From: Nageia nagi
Taxonomy: Eukaryota; Plantae; Pinophyta
Direction of reading: 5' to 3'
DNA: 64,000 nt
NCBI GenBank assembly: GCA_050084985.1
Contig: JBITNC010000001.1
Location: 196,230,001-196,294,000 of the forward strand
Numbering within the stretch: the stretch's first letter is position 1; each line of letters begins with the position of its first letter. Below the pieces are notes generated by a model, which saw only the letters and a program-made list of their open reading frames with translations, ran no database searches and was not told where the DNA came from. Positions 27,006 through 39,400 of this stretch are shown here, one piece after another. Position numbers and translations under genes: made by a program.

Positions 27006-28674
27006 AGATTATAATGGGATTTTCATTATGGGTACCCTTTTCCCTAGGTACAATTGGGATTAACATGATAATCTAAGATTTTTGTTAGAATGGAAAAGAT
27101 TGAGAGTCATAGCAAATATACATCCACTTACCATTTTAATGATCATAAATAATTTATTATAAAAAATTACTAGAAATATATCAGTAGCATTGCTAGGAAT
27201 ATTTAATTATGACATTGAAAAAGAGGTTCAATGTTGATGATATGATCTTAGCTTTCTTGACTTCAAATTTTATATAGATATATATGATGATGAAATATTC
27301 AACTTAGAACCTTCATTTCTTTTTTTAAATAGGAATGGTATCTCTAAATTATATTCTATGTTAAGTAACCATTTTTGGATGGAAACTCTTTTTTTAGATA
27401 AAAAAAGATTTGATTCCTTCGAACTAATCTCACAAAGGATTCATAAATATTAATTACTATAGGATTGACGATGCTTTAAAATAAGTAGATGTACATTTAT
27501 TTCCCAACATTAGCACCTATCCACTAAAGATTAAAATTAACCAAAGAATAGAAAGAGGAACTAGAATATATAGTTGAAAAAAATTTGAATTGAAAAATTA
27601 AAACTAGCATTAATTAGGTTGTATCCAATCATATATGGAAAGTTTTGAGGTGCAAGATATAATGAAAAACTTTTCTTCTTTCCCCTCAAAAGTTTATAAC
27701 TTATAAGAACCCTTTCCATACTTAGTTACTACAATGTACAATCCAATCCAATTGGACTCAAATTTACCTTGCTTTTCCTCTCCTTCTTCTTTATTCTTGT
27801 GATGATTCTCTTTGAGGATAATATATCTAAACTTGAACTCCTTAGGTTTTATATTCTTACTATAGGAAATTTGAATACTATTCTAATATGTCTTGATGTT
27901 CTCTAGAGTATTAATCCTCTTATTTTCAATACTTTCCAAATACCTTACCCTTATCACTCTTTTTTCCTCATCATCTATGATTCCTTAAAGGAAAATCCTT
28001 AAGGATTGGATTTCAAGCTCTAATGGAAAAATATCATCTTCAAAGATAAGGTTGTATGGAGTAAACCTTATAGCTAATCTTATACTTTTCCTATATACCC
28101 ATAAAGCATATAGTAACTACTCATGTTAATCATTACCATGCTTCTCAATTGTTTTGAAAATCACTTTGAAAATGGTTTTATCAGTTACCTCACCCTAACC
28201 ATTTACTTGGGGATAATAAGGAAAATAAAACTTTTACTAAATTTATAATAACTCACAAAAGTTTCTTACCATTTTACTTCTCATATTTGGACCACTATTT
28301 ATGAAGATTTGGGATAACAATCCAAATTTGGGTATAATGTGATCAATTGGGAACTTCAAAATATGGGGGCCTTTGGGGATATTAAAATTTATCTCTTAAA
28401 ACTTCTTATTTTGGAACCTCTTTGTGATTACTTATATACCTCATCCACAAGGAATTCCTTAGGGGTAATTATAAATTTCCTCATAAATGTTGGAAAATTT
28501 TCCATTTTCTATCATACTTTGAAATAAAATATTAAATCCTCAAAAAATTAATTTTTGGCTTTCAAAAATGCCTTAAAAAATAGAAGTAATTTGAGAAAAG
28601 CATTAGGTTCACTAATATGTTGATACTAGAAATTAAATGGATGAATACAAAATAAAATAAATAGTATCAAATAT

Positions 28675-31463
28675 TGAAAGGAAATAGGAAAAACTTATAT
28701 TGATACAATGAGACATGCCTATAAATAGGCATTTACAAGAACGAATACCATGGTTTGAGCACATGGTATTGTGCACATGGTTTTACAAAACAACGGTAAA
28801 CATTAAATGATCGTAAACATTCAATGATCGTAAATATTAAATGATAACTAACTTAGGGACTCTAAAGTTAGATACCCTAACCTAGCAAGCTTAACTAACT
28901 CTAACACCCCCTTTAAGCGAGGCTAGGAGGTAGTAGACATAAGCAAACTAGTACAATATGGGTCCCGGCAACAAGGCCTGATGAGGTACCCATTAACAAA
29001 ATGAATCAAGCACAAAGAAGTTGTAGAGTGACCAAAGATAATGAACATGTGCAACTGAAGAACAAAGAACCTCTAACAAAAGCTGGATCAAAGAGTCACT
29101 ACTCGATCAACACAAATAAAGAGAGTCCCTCAACCTGAAATTAGGGCATGAACTTTTCTTTGAAGAGCTTGTTGATGATGCAAAAGGCACACCAAATGGT
29201 ACCTAGAACCCATTAACACTGTACCAAAAATGGTACAAGGATCCATGAAGGAAGTCGATGTCGAACTCAGGAACACTGTCGAAGAAGATGGATCACCAAA
29301 ACTCATTGTGCCAAGATTCAACACGATGAAGAGAATGCAACACGAGGAAGATGCAAAAAACTGGATACAAATAGAAGTCCTCCCAACTGGAACATGAAGT
29401 AATCCCCTAAAAAAGATGTTAATGACCACACAACTTAACAAAGAACAAGTCCACTAACTACGACTGTCAAAAAGTTGATGGGAGCATGAGGAACAATAAT
29501 GCAGTACTAAACATCAACCAAAGTGATGTTGAACAAAAATTCAAGACTGCAATAAGATTCGAACCACATGATGTATCTCCTAGGAACCTGTTAAAATAAA
29601 GTTGTAAATAGAGCCCCTTTTGAAATTTGCCTTTATAAATTAGGCTTACAACCAATTTCATCAAAAACTATTCGAAGTCTGCTCCACAATGCAAAAAACA
29701 GTACTCAAAATGAAGTCCGTTTGCAAAAGTTATGGAATTAATTCGTTTTGGAGCAAAAATTAAATTTTTAATGCCCAAAACATTAGAAAATTTTAATTAA
29801 ATTAAAAACAATGAATTTAATTAAATTTAAATGGCAGAACTTCAAATTGTGATTATTGGTTGATGGGAAGGCAAAATGGGTCATCCAGCTACTCAAAATG
29901 ATCGGAATGGAATGAGGAACATCATGAAAGTGTCCGTTCCCAAAAATGAGCCCCGATGAAAGCACAATCTCGAAAAATGTGACTGTTACACAAGCTGCCC
30001 CAATTAAATTCGAAATTAGTGGGGGTCCAATTCTTCTGACCTTCACAACTTCTTCAATTGTCCTCCAAATCGAGCGAAACAAAAAGCAAAAAGGTGTAGC
30101 TCGATAATGGGTATCCAAATTTACTATCAAAAGTAAATTTGGTTGACAAAAATGTAAAAACAACATGACTGTCATTTTTATGACGTTTTTGAGCAACTGC
30201 TAATAAAAAATCTCCAAGCAAATCATAAAATGGGCCACCATGCAAGTCCATCGAAGGAAGGCAAGCCATCCAACGAAGAGGGAGAAACGAAGACCACCAT
30301 CAGGCTACGCAAGAAACACCGATACGAACGAGCGAACGAACGTGGCATTCCGAGTGGCTGCGCAGGAGAAAAACGTGACGAAACTGAGCAATGAAGACTA
30401 GGCAAAGTCAACGCTATCGTGGACACGGGAAAAAATCGTGAGGCAGCCATAACCATCGTGGGAGGAGCAGAGGCAGTCAGAAACGTGCGCAAGCAGCTTA
30501 AGAGGGCCAGTAATGAAGCAGCAGATAGGAGGGCTGCGAGCAGGGTTGCACGAGGAGTTGAGTGAAAGATGCGCATCAGATCTGGACATTTTCAACAGTC
30601 AACGGTGGTCGACAGGGAGATGAGCATCACGCAAATGATCTCGTGGCCAAAGGTGCCATCTGCTGGAAGCGAGAGAAGACTCTCAAACACAGGGAGTGGG
30701 GATCCTGAACCCACAGGCTGAAAAACACGTGCTGCATGCAGATCTTATCAAGACAAAGATGCGAGAGAGAACCCAGCTACGAAAATCTGACGCCAAAAGC
30801 TCCAAGACTGAATGCTAACAAGGCTCTCTCGCCATCGCCAATTTTGATTCCCATGAATTAAAATTCATGGCCTTGTTGCAAAGGAATAGAATCAAAAGAT
30901 CACCAATGTCCACCATCATCAATTTGATTCCCATGAGTTAAAAACTCATGGCCTTGTTGCAAAGGAATAGAACCAAATGCTGCCAGGTAGAGGGTGATTA
31001 GGCCTCCCACAAATCCATCACTCTTTCTCCTTCACAAAATTCTTGAACAACCACCAAACTACATAGATTTCCTCTCCACAAAGAGCACAAACACAGGTCA
31101 TCTACCACACATCAAAAAGCAGCAAAAAAAAATGGAGATGAGGGGGGGATTGGTGTAAAGAGGCCAATCCCCCCTCACAGATTTGCTGATCAAATTGAGG
31201 GAGATTCAGAGGTCGACCCGCTCTGATACCATGAAAGGAAATAGGAAAAACTTATATTGATACAATGAGACATGCCTATAAATAGGCATTTACAAGAACG
31301 AATACCATGGTTTGAGCACATGGTATTGTGCACATGGTTTTACAAAACAACGGTAAACATTAAATGATCGTAAACATTCAATGACCGTAAATATTAAATG
31401 ATAACTAACTTAGGGACTCTAAAGTTAGATACCCTAACCTAGCAAGCTTAACTAACTCTAACA
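28675..31463 (-). mobile_element. Very young non-autonomous LTR retroelement (TRIM/LARD-like), 232-bp LTRs
   Basis: LTRs 28675-28906 and 31232-31463 differ at one base (GATCG/GACCG); TG...CA ends; TSD AATAT; PBS TGGTATCAGAGC (tRNA-iMet) at 31231-31220; PPT TAAAGGGGG at 28915-28907; no gag/pol motif recognised internally. Confidence 0.95.
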
Positions 31464-32059
31464 AATATGCAATAAATTAACAACTAAACATAAAGTGAAA
31501 GGTAATAGTGTAGCTATTAGAGAATGAATCAACCTATCAAGTTAAGAGACATATCATATTAGCTCTAATATTGGATCATAATTAAAAAATAGATCACACA
31601 GGTTGAGGTGGCTAGGTGGGAGTGTTGAGCTTGCATATGCAGAAAATGATGGTGAGGTGTTTGTCTCATGTTTTTATTAAGGAATGTGATGATCAAATTA
31701 TATGTATGCAATGGGTGAGGTTCAAAGGCTTTTAGGTGTTAACAAACTAGATTCAATAACTTTTACATATATTCCAATTGTATGTGCATAAATGAATTTC
31801 TATTTATCACCTATTATATTCCTTGGAAAACAAATGATTCCTTCAATTTTAGTCCCTAATGGATTGAAAAATCCAAATATGTATTTTAACCCTCCAAGAT
31901 ATGTTACTCTTATGGCTCCACTTGTTAGGTCTCCAACATGGCTTGCCCTAAAAATCATATAAGAGATTCTCTACTGTGCTAACATAATTTTACTTGTTCT
32001 TATGTATTTTTCACTCATTTTGCTTTACTAATTTTTGGTTTAGACTAACAATTGAGAAT

Positions 32060-32224
32060 ATGAAAGTGGATTACTATAATATGCTCAAAGTGGTATGAAA
32101 TGTAGTTGGTGAAGATCTCAAGAAGATATACGAGAAATTAGAAATGAAATAGGATCCTGATAAGAACCCCAATATTAAGAAGAAAATAGAGTTGAAGTTC
32201 AAGCAAATCTCTAAAGCATACAAG
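32060..32224 (+). pseudogene. Decayed exon 1 of a DnaJ/Hsp40 (DNAJB-type) gene
   Basis: MKVDYYNMLKVV*NVVGEDLKKIYEKLEMK*DPDKNPNIKKKIELKFKQISKAYK then AG|GT; matches J-domain consensus MGVDYY.VL.V...A...[33 protein letters not shown]; two stops and HPD mutated to DPD. Confidence 0.85.
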
Positions 32225-33059
32225 GTTTCAAATCCTATCCTCAATTTCTCTAGTCACTTTCTTGTGATGGTATTTGTATGGCATTATGATTTGAATTCCT
32301 ATTTGTACCTTTATTGTCAATTTATTTTGAAAATATAAGTGATTGATTTGGACTCAAATTTCTACTATTTTTGCTTATTTTTTGGAACTCTGGTGAGGCA
32401 TTTATATGTGAATTTTCATTTTTTTGGGTTTAGGTAATAAAGCTAGAATTGGGCATCCATGAAAGAGGTTCTTATTTATGTTCATCAATGTCTTGATTTT
32501 AGGGATGTTTTGAATCAAATCTAGATACCACCTATAGAAAAAGTATGATTCAAAGTACAAAATTTATCTAGTGGTTATTATTATAACTTAGTACATAAGA
32601 AAAGCTATTGGAAAAGGATATTGCTTGATATAAATAATTCAAATAATGAAAATTAAGGAAAGAATACAAGAAATAACTATAGCATGTACTTTTTGTATAA
32701 TGTATAAATGCTTAGGATTCTTAGTTCTAATTGGTAATTTTTTTATCTTTTATTTTTTTTATTATCCATGGAAAAATATGTGCATAAGGATCTAGAAATT
32801 TTAGTCAAGGATTATCGAACACTAAATGAAATCAAAAATCTATCAATTGAGATAAATTTTAACACTTATAGTTATACAATTTTTCTTATGGCACATTTCA
32901 CATTCTAATATTCAATAAAGGAAAAGTGAAGTAATGGGGAAAGATCTATACATAATTCCCTTATTTTCAATGATTTTTCTTTTTTTAGGAAAAAATAAAG
33001 CTTGTTGAATGATTTATAAGGTTCCTCTACTATGGGAAAATTCTATAAACTTGGAAATA

Positions 33060-33448
33060 ATGGAGGAGAAAAGAGGAAAAGGGAGAGATATAGTGTCTCA
33101 TTTTAGAGCTTGGGGCATACTAGGTCACATTGATGCAAACATAAGAAAGGTTGCTAGAGAGGGCAAGTGTGATAGAGAGTTATGGGAAGGAACTAACCTG
33201 ATAAAAGGCTCATTATGGTGCAAAAATACAAAGGAATGTTTGGTGGTATTATATGTTAGTGTTGGGCATAGGAGGAATGGTTAGGGTGGGTATATATATC
33301 ACCATGATAAGCATAGCTAAAGAGCAAGTCATACTAACCATTGCTATGTCATATGCCATAGCAGGGATTTCAACCTTTTGTTATATGAAGTTTATTGTTT
33401 CCATTCCAGTAATAGGTTGTGCCTTCAACTATATTAGAACCACCTTTG
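33060..33448 (+). pseudogene. Decayed exon 1 of cationic amino acid transporter (CAT6/7-like), copy 1
   Basis: LVLGIGGMVRVGIYIT...SYAIAGISTFCYMKF..SIPVIGCAFNYIRTTFG then GTATGA donor; resembles CAT6/7 (DLIGLGIGGMVGAG...SYAIAG...FCYTEFAV..PVAGGAFSYIR.TFG); frameshifts. Confidence 0.8.
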
Positions 33449-36400
33449 GTATGATCTTTTTTAAAGAAAAAAATAAGATCATTGGTTGGTATTTTGGTAA
33501 TGTATTTGAGAATCAACTATACCAACTTAACTTCTTATACCTACATATAGACTATAAATACATTATTGATTATTTTGTTATTTTGAAGAATGCTCTAATA
33601 TAGTTTGTACACTTTTACAATACCCATTTATTTTATGATAAAATGCAAGATAGACATGGGGATGTACCCTACTTATGGATCAACAATTAGGAATGGGTGT
33701 TAGGCTAATGATAAACATGAAAATAGTGTACAGATACATGTATAGCTATGGATAACTACTCAAAGATGTTGAAATCCATGACTAGTAATAATATGTTTTC
33801 CAGTCAATATCATGTGATATAGTATGTTCTCCTATCTTCTTTATTTTCATTCTATGTGAAATAAAAGCATTGTACTATACTTGGCTTGAACATTTTCCTA
33901 GAATGTCTAAGATTGTTTCCCTTATCAATACAATTTATTTCGCAATCAGTAATTTATGTAACTCATCCAAAAATAAATAAGGCTTGTGCTTTATATTTTT
34001 TATTCTTATATTTTTTATATCTTATTGTAAGGTATGAGAAGGAGTTTTTTTAGGAAACAAGCATGCATCAATAATGGTTTTTATATCTTATTCTAAAGAT
34101 TAAGGAGAAGGATTTTATATCAAAAATATGCATGCAATAAATAAAATTATCTATGTTTCAAGAAGAAAAGAATAGTAACAGCAAATGAGGGGTTCATCAG
34201 AAAGTGTTCATTACCAAAGCAATAGTTTTAAATAAAATAGAGTATCATTGAACATAATTATCAACATCAAACTAAGACACATAGAGATATATTTTTCACC
34301 AGGTATAGAAGCCTAAGAATATTAGAAAAGGACCTTAATAGTTTGAACTTCATGCCCTTATAATGTCACATTACTAATGCCTAAGTTAGTAATAATTTAG
34401 TTTGAACTTCATATCCTTCAATAATTTATGGATTTATATACATGCTTGAATGCTTTTTGTAGTTATTCATATGTATACAAATACTAGATATTGAAAACTT
34501 ATTTTGAAAGTATAACATTCTTCATTTTTATCTTCAATTATAAATCATTTAATCATAAGAGATTCCAATAAGGAAACATTTACATACAAATGTAAACCAT
34601 GTTTTGAGGTGAAACAATAGATTCATATATACAAAGTAGCTATTACAATTAGGTGAAACATCAGAGTCGAGGCAATTGTGGGTGTTCTCAATCAACTCTT
34701 TATGATATGCAATTTTTTAAAAGATAATAGTTTTTATTAACTTTATTTAATTTTGTTATTTATTTTTTTAGTTAATATTTTTTTGGATAGTTTCAATATA
34801 AAAATATAACTAAAGAATCACAAATAGAGTATACAGAGGAAAGTATGCCACTATATGGAGTACCATTAACCTTCAAAGTACTTGACAACCACATCAAGGA
34901 AAATTTTGATCTCTCTAAAAATGCCTTGGTGCACATTTATTTTTATCCAAATGATTTGAATCCACTTACCATGAGTTAGGATGTTGATATAAGGAAATAG
35001 TTTGACTTGCCAACCCATCAACATTAAGGATTGTTCCTTGTGGTAGTGGCCATTAAGCTTATTTTTATGTCATTGTGTCCTTGATTGAGCCTCTTAATCA
35101 TAGATTTTGTGGTTTTGTTATAAATATATATTTTATGAATTGTAACCCTATTTTACATGTCTACATAATTTTATTAATGAAATATTCTATTTATATTTCA
35201 TGCTCTATACTCAATTCTTGTCATGGAGTTGCTTGTATTTGGAATTAGAGTTTTATAATAAACTTTTTATTGATGTATTATTTTTAGTTCAATAAATTAC
35301 TATCTTTGATTATTTATGGTGAGTTATCAACATGGTTATAAGAACCATATCAATGGGTACCATTGATAGATCCTACAAACTAAGATGTTAAAAGACTTAT
35401 CCATCTATATATCTACTAATTCCAGTCTATTATTTCCTTGGGAGTAAGTCTCATATCTCCTACATGTTCTCTTCATTTATATGATTAAATTTTGTTGTGT
35501 TATATTCAATCAAACACCATGTTCACTACATTATGGTGTTTTGGTTTATTTATATTCTTAAATGTACACATAGTCTATATGTTCATTGAGTGCAAAAAGC
35601 AACCAATAAATTACATGAAAATAAAGGTTCACAAAAAAATTTAAAAAATGGGAATAAGATCTCTAAAATATATTATACATAATGTAACCATTTTTGGGTG
35701 GAACTTCTTTTTTAGAACAAATATGATTTGATTCCTTAAAACATTTTCTAGAATATAAAAATTATTGTAGTAGTACTGAAGAAGGATAAAAACATACTAT
35801 GTGAAAGGAGTAGAATGATAACTTCCAAGATGAAAAATGAGAATTATTAGGTATAAAGTAATAGTGCATAAGAGAGACTGGAATGAAATTGAAATGCTCC
35901 AAAAATAAGTTTTGCACCTTAAGTGCTCATCAGTTTAGCTAATGAAAAAATATTTCAATCTATCTTATTTATATAGAATTCTCAAGCTAGTGGGTGCCAT
36001 GGTTGACATGCCACATTGTGAGAATTAAAAAAATATGTATTCCTGATATATGCCAAATTAGTTGTAGTGATTATCAATAAATATGATAGAAAGTACTAAA
36101 AAATAAGTAAAACATGATCCTATAGATATACACCCATAAATATGGGGTCATGATTATGAAAAAATTTCAAATCTTCAAACTCAATTTTGAAGGCTTTAGA
36201 TTCTCTAAAATGGAGTCATTCATTCTAAAAATTCAATTTTTTCATAAATTAGAATCCTATTGTTATAACCAAAATAATAATTATTAGGTTTATTTACATA
36301 ATATTAAATTCACCAATTAACTATGAAATAACAATAAATCTATGACATGAAAGATGATAATGACCTAATTGACCTTGACCTACCAAAACTAGATTTATGG

Positions 36401-39400
36401 AAGATACAAACTTGTACTTTACCTATGATGATGAATAGAGGTGAGATTCAAATGAAAGAGGATAAACAATGAGCTTCCCTAAAACATGAAGCCACCAATC
36501 CAACCTCAACCTAGTAACAATGCCAAAAACCTAGTGATAATTCTTGATTACCATTCCAAAATACCTCACCCTTCCACTCAGTATCATTGTATCACCTTTG
36601 ATCCACCAAATCTTGCTCATGAGGGGATGAAATATCGCAGGAATATAGAGTTCAAAGTATAACAAAATCTAGAGATGATAGGTGAAGTTAAGAAATATTG
36701 GTCAAGATTGACACAATTATATTACCACCTATCAAGGATTCAAGATTATGTCATATCATATCATATATTTGATCATGCACAACACCTTCACCTTTATAAG
36801 CAATAGGTCTATTGCTAAGGCTCCTCATTAGGCTTATTATGTTGTTGAGTTGACCTATTACCTCAAAACATAAAGGTAGATGAGAGTGCACATGGAAAAG
36901 AACATTTATTTAATAAATTAAATAAATTATTTCAAATACCTAAAAGGGTATTTTAATTAAATTAAAATTCCCTTTTAGGTGTTAACAAATGCCTCACTTT
37001 GAATATATTTTGATGCTTTTGAGATAAAGTAAGATCAAAACCTGGATTCAAAGTATAACAAGAAAAGTAAGAATATAGTCCTTGAAAATTTATGACATTG
37101 TAGTAGATTCAGATGCCCCAATTTTTTATCATGTTATACCCCCTCTTTGACTTGGTTGCAACATGATGGACCACTCATCATATGATCAATCCAAGGTAAA
37201 GAAAAAGGTACCTGAAAAGAGCTTAGATAAGAAATATTTTGCATAATATATCTCAAATATAAACATTAAACATCATGATATGGAAATTATGATAAGAAAA
37301 GAAAACCTATCCTTTGTCAATTACCCATCAATATGAGATAAAGATGATAAATAATTTAGATTGATCAGCTTGGTTTCCCAAGCCACCATGTTGCCATAGA
37401 TTTGGATATTAAGGACCCTTCCTTACAAAGGTACAAAATGATAAGATTGACCCTTCCTTACAAAGTCATCAAAAGATAAGAATAATCAACTTGGTTTTCC
37501 AAGACACCATGTTTCTATGGATTTACTGATAAAAGTTCCTCTTCCTTACAAAGGAGGCTAATGATATGAACAAAAATAAAATACCATATTGACATGTTTT
37601 GATAAGCAATTTTGTGAAAAGTATATGAAAGTAAAGGAACAAAATACCCTTTTTTGTTGATTTATCATGATAAGGAAGAGATGATCAATTTTTAAACTTT
37701 TTTGGATCACTTGAATCTAGCAGTGTCTCTAGGAATGTAGCAACATTGCCAACTTATAGCCTTGATTTCTTGAAATGTTAGTACAAAAAGATGAAGATAT
37801 GCATAATTATACGAAAAAGATCAAACATAAAACTTTTTCAAATGCATAACTTTGATTGGATTACGTTCTTCTTTACCTTAGATTATTGATAATTTATACA
37901 CACCTTTTTCATAATTTGAAATGACAATGTAAGGACCTATCCAGTTAGGTTCAAACTTATGTTTCTTTTCATTTTCTAGAGCTTTAGTGTTAGCAAGGTT
38001 TTCTATTAAGACTAGGTCACCATATTTGAACTCTTTAAGCTTGATATTTTTGCTATAGTATTTTTGTATTCTAGAATGGTAGACATGAAGGTGTTCTAAA
38101 GCATTAAACCATTTTTCATTTAAGAACTCTAGTTTGGCTAATCTAGCTTTCCTTATATCCTCATCGAGAATGAGACCATCTAGTGAGACATGAAGAGATG
38201 AGATTTCTAAATCAAGGGGAACTACAACTTCATCACCATACATTAAGGAGAAAGCAGTTTCCCCTAGGGAAGTCCTTATACTTGTTCTATAGGCTCAAAA
38301 ATCATAATGTAGTTATTCATGCTAATCATTACCATGTTTTATAATAGTTTTGGATAAGATACTCTTGATGACCTTATTAGAGGATTTGGCTTGACCATTA
38401 CCTTCAAGGTAATATGGGTAGATAACTTCCATTCAATACGATATTTAGCACAAAATTTCTTAACTTAATCACCTTTAAAGCTAATACCATTATCCATGAA
38501 CAATCAGAAGGCACACCATATCTAGAAATGAATTCAACAAGAAATTCAACAATCTTACCTCCTTTTGTAGACTTTTTAAGTATAGCCTCTGCTCATTTTG
38601 TGAAGTATTTTGTAGCTATAATGGTAAACTTATGGTCATATATTAAATAGGGTTAATTTTACCAATAAAATCAAGTGCCCTAATTGAAAAATACTAAGGA
38701 GATACAATAGAATGCAAAGCATGAGAAGGAGAAGGTTAAAGAGTAGCTTTGTTTTGACATTGTTCATATTTCTTGACATGTAATTCACAATATTCAAGCA
38801 TGGTAGGCTAATAATAACCTAGTCTAAAAAAAATTTGATAAATAAATTTAGCACTAAAGTTCCACCACATTCACTATCATGAGCTTGATAAAGGGCCATG
38901 TCTACTTCATGCCTCATTAAACATATAAGAAGAGAATCATCAAAAGATCTTATATATGATAAATCACTTATGATGACATACTTGGAAGCTAGCTTTTTAA
39001 GTCTAATTCTAGCATTATGATAAAAGAAAATAGGAACATCATCATCTTTAATATAACTAAAAATATCTTGATACCATTCACATGCATTGATACAAGTAGA
39101 AAAAAAGTAATGATCCTTAATGAAATATTCAGTAACAAAATCATGAGAAGGCTTACCAATATTTTTGATTGTGAGAATGGTATCTTCATATTCTATGGAA
39201 ATATTTGAAAGGAAAGTGACACTAGCTACAGAATTAGCATACCTATTATTATCTCTTGGAATGTTGTCAATTTCATACTCATTGAAGTAGATAAGGAGAT
39301 TCTCCACCATTTACTTGTATGGTTTCAACTTGGGATCTTGGGTGTTGTAGATGTTGGACACGTTCTTCATAATGAGTTTAGAATCACTAAAGATTTTGAT

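Noticed and set aside
31540-31750. Possible further captured gene fragment upstream of the DnaJ exon
   Set aside because: Composition is suggestive but no frame gave a recognisable protein.
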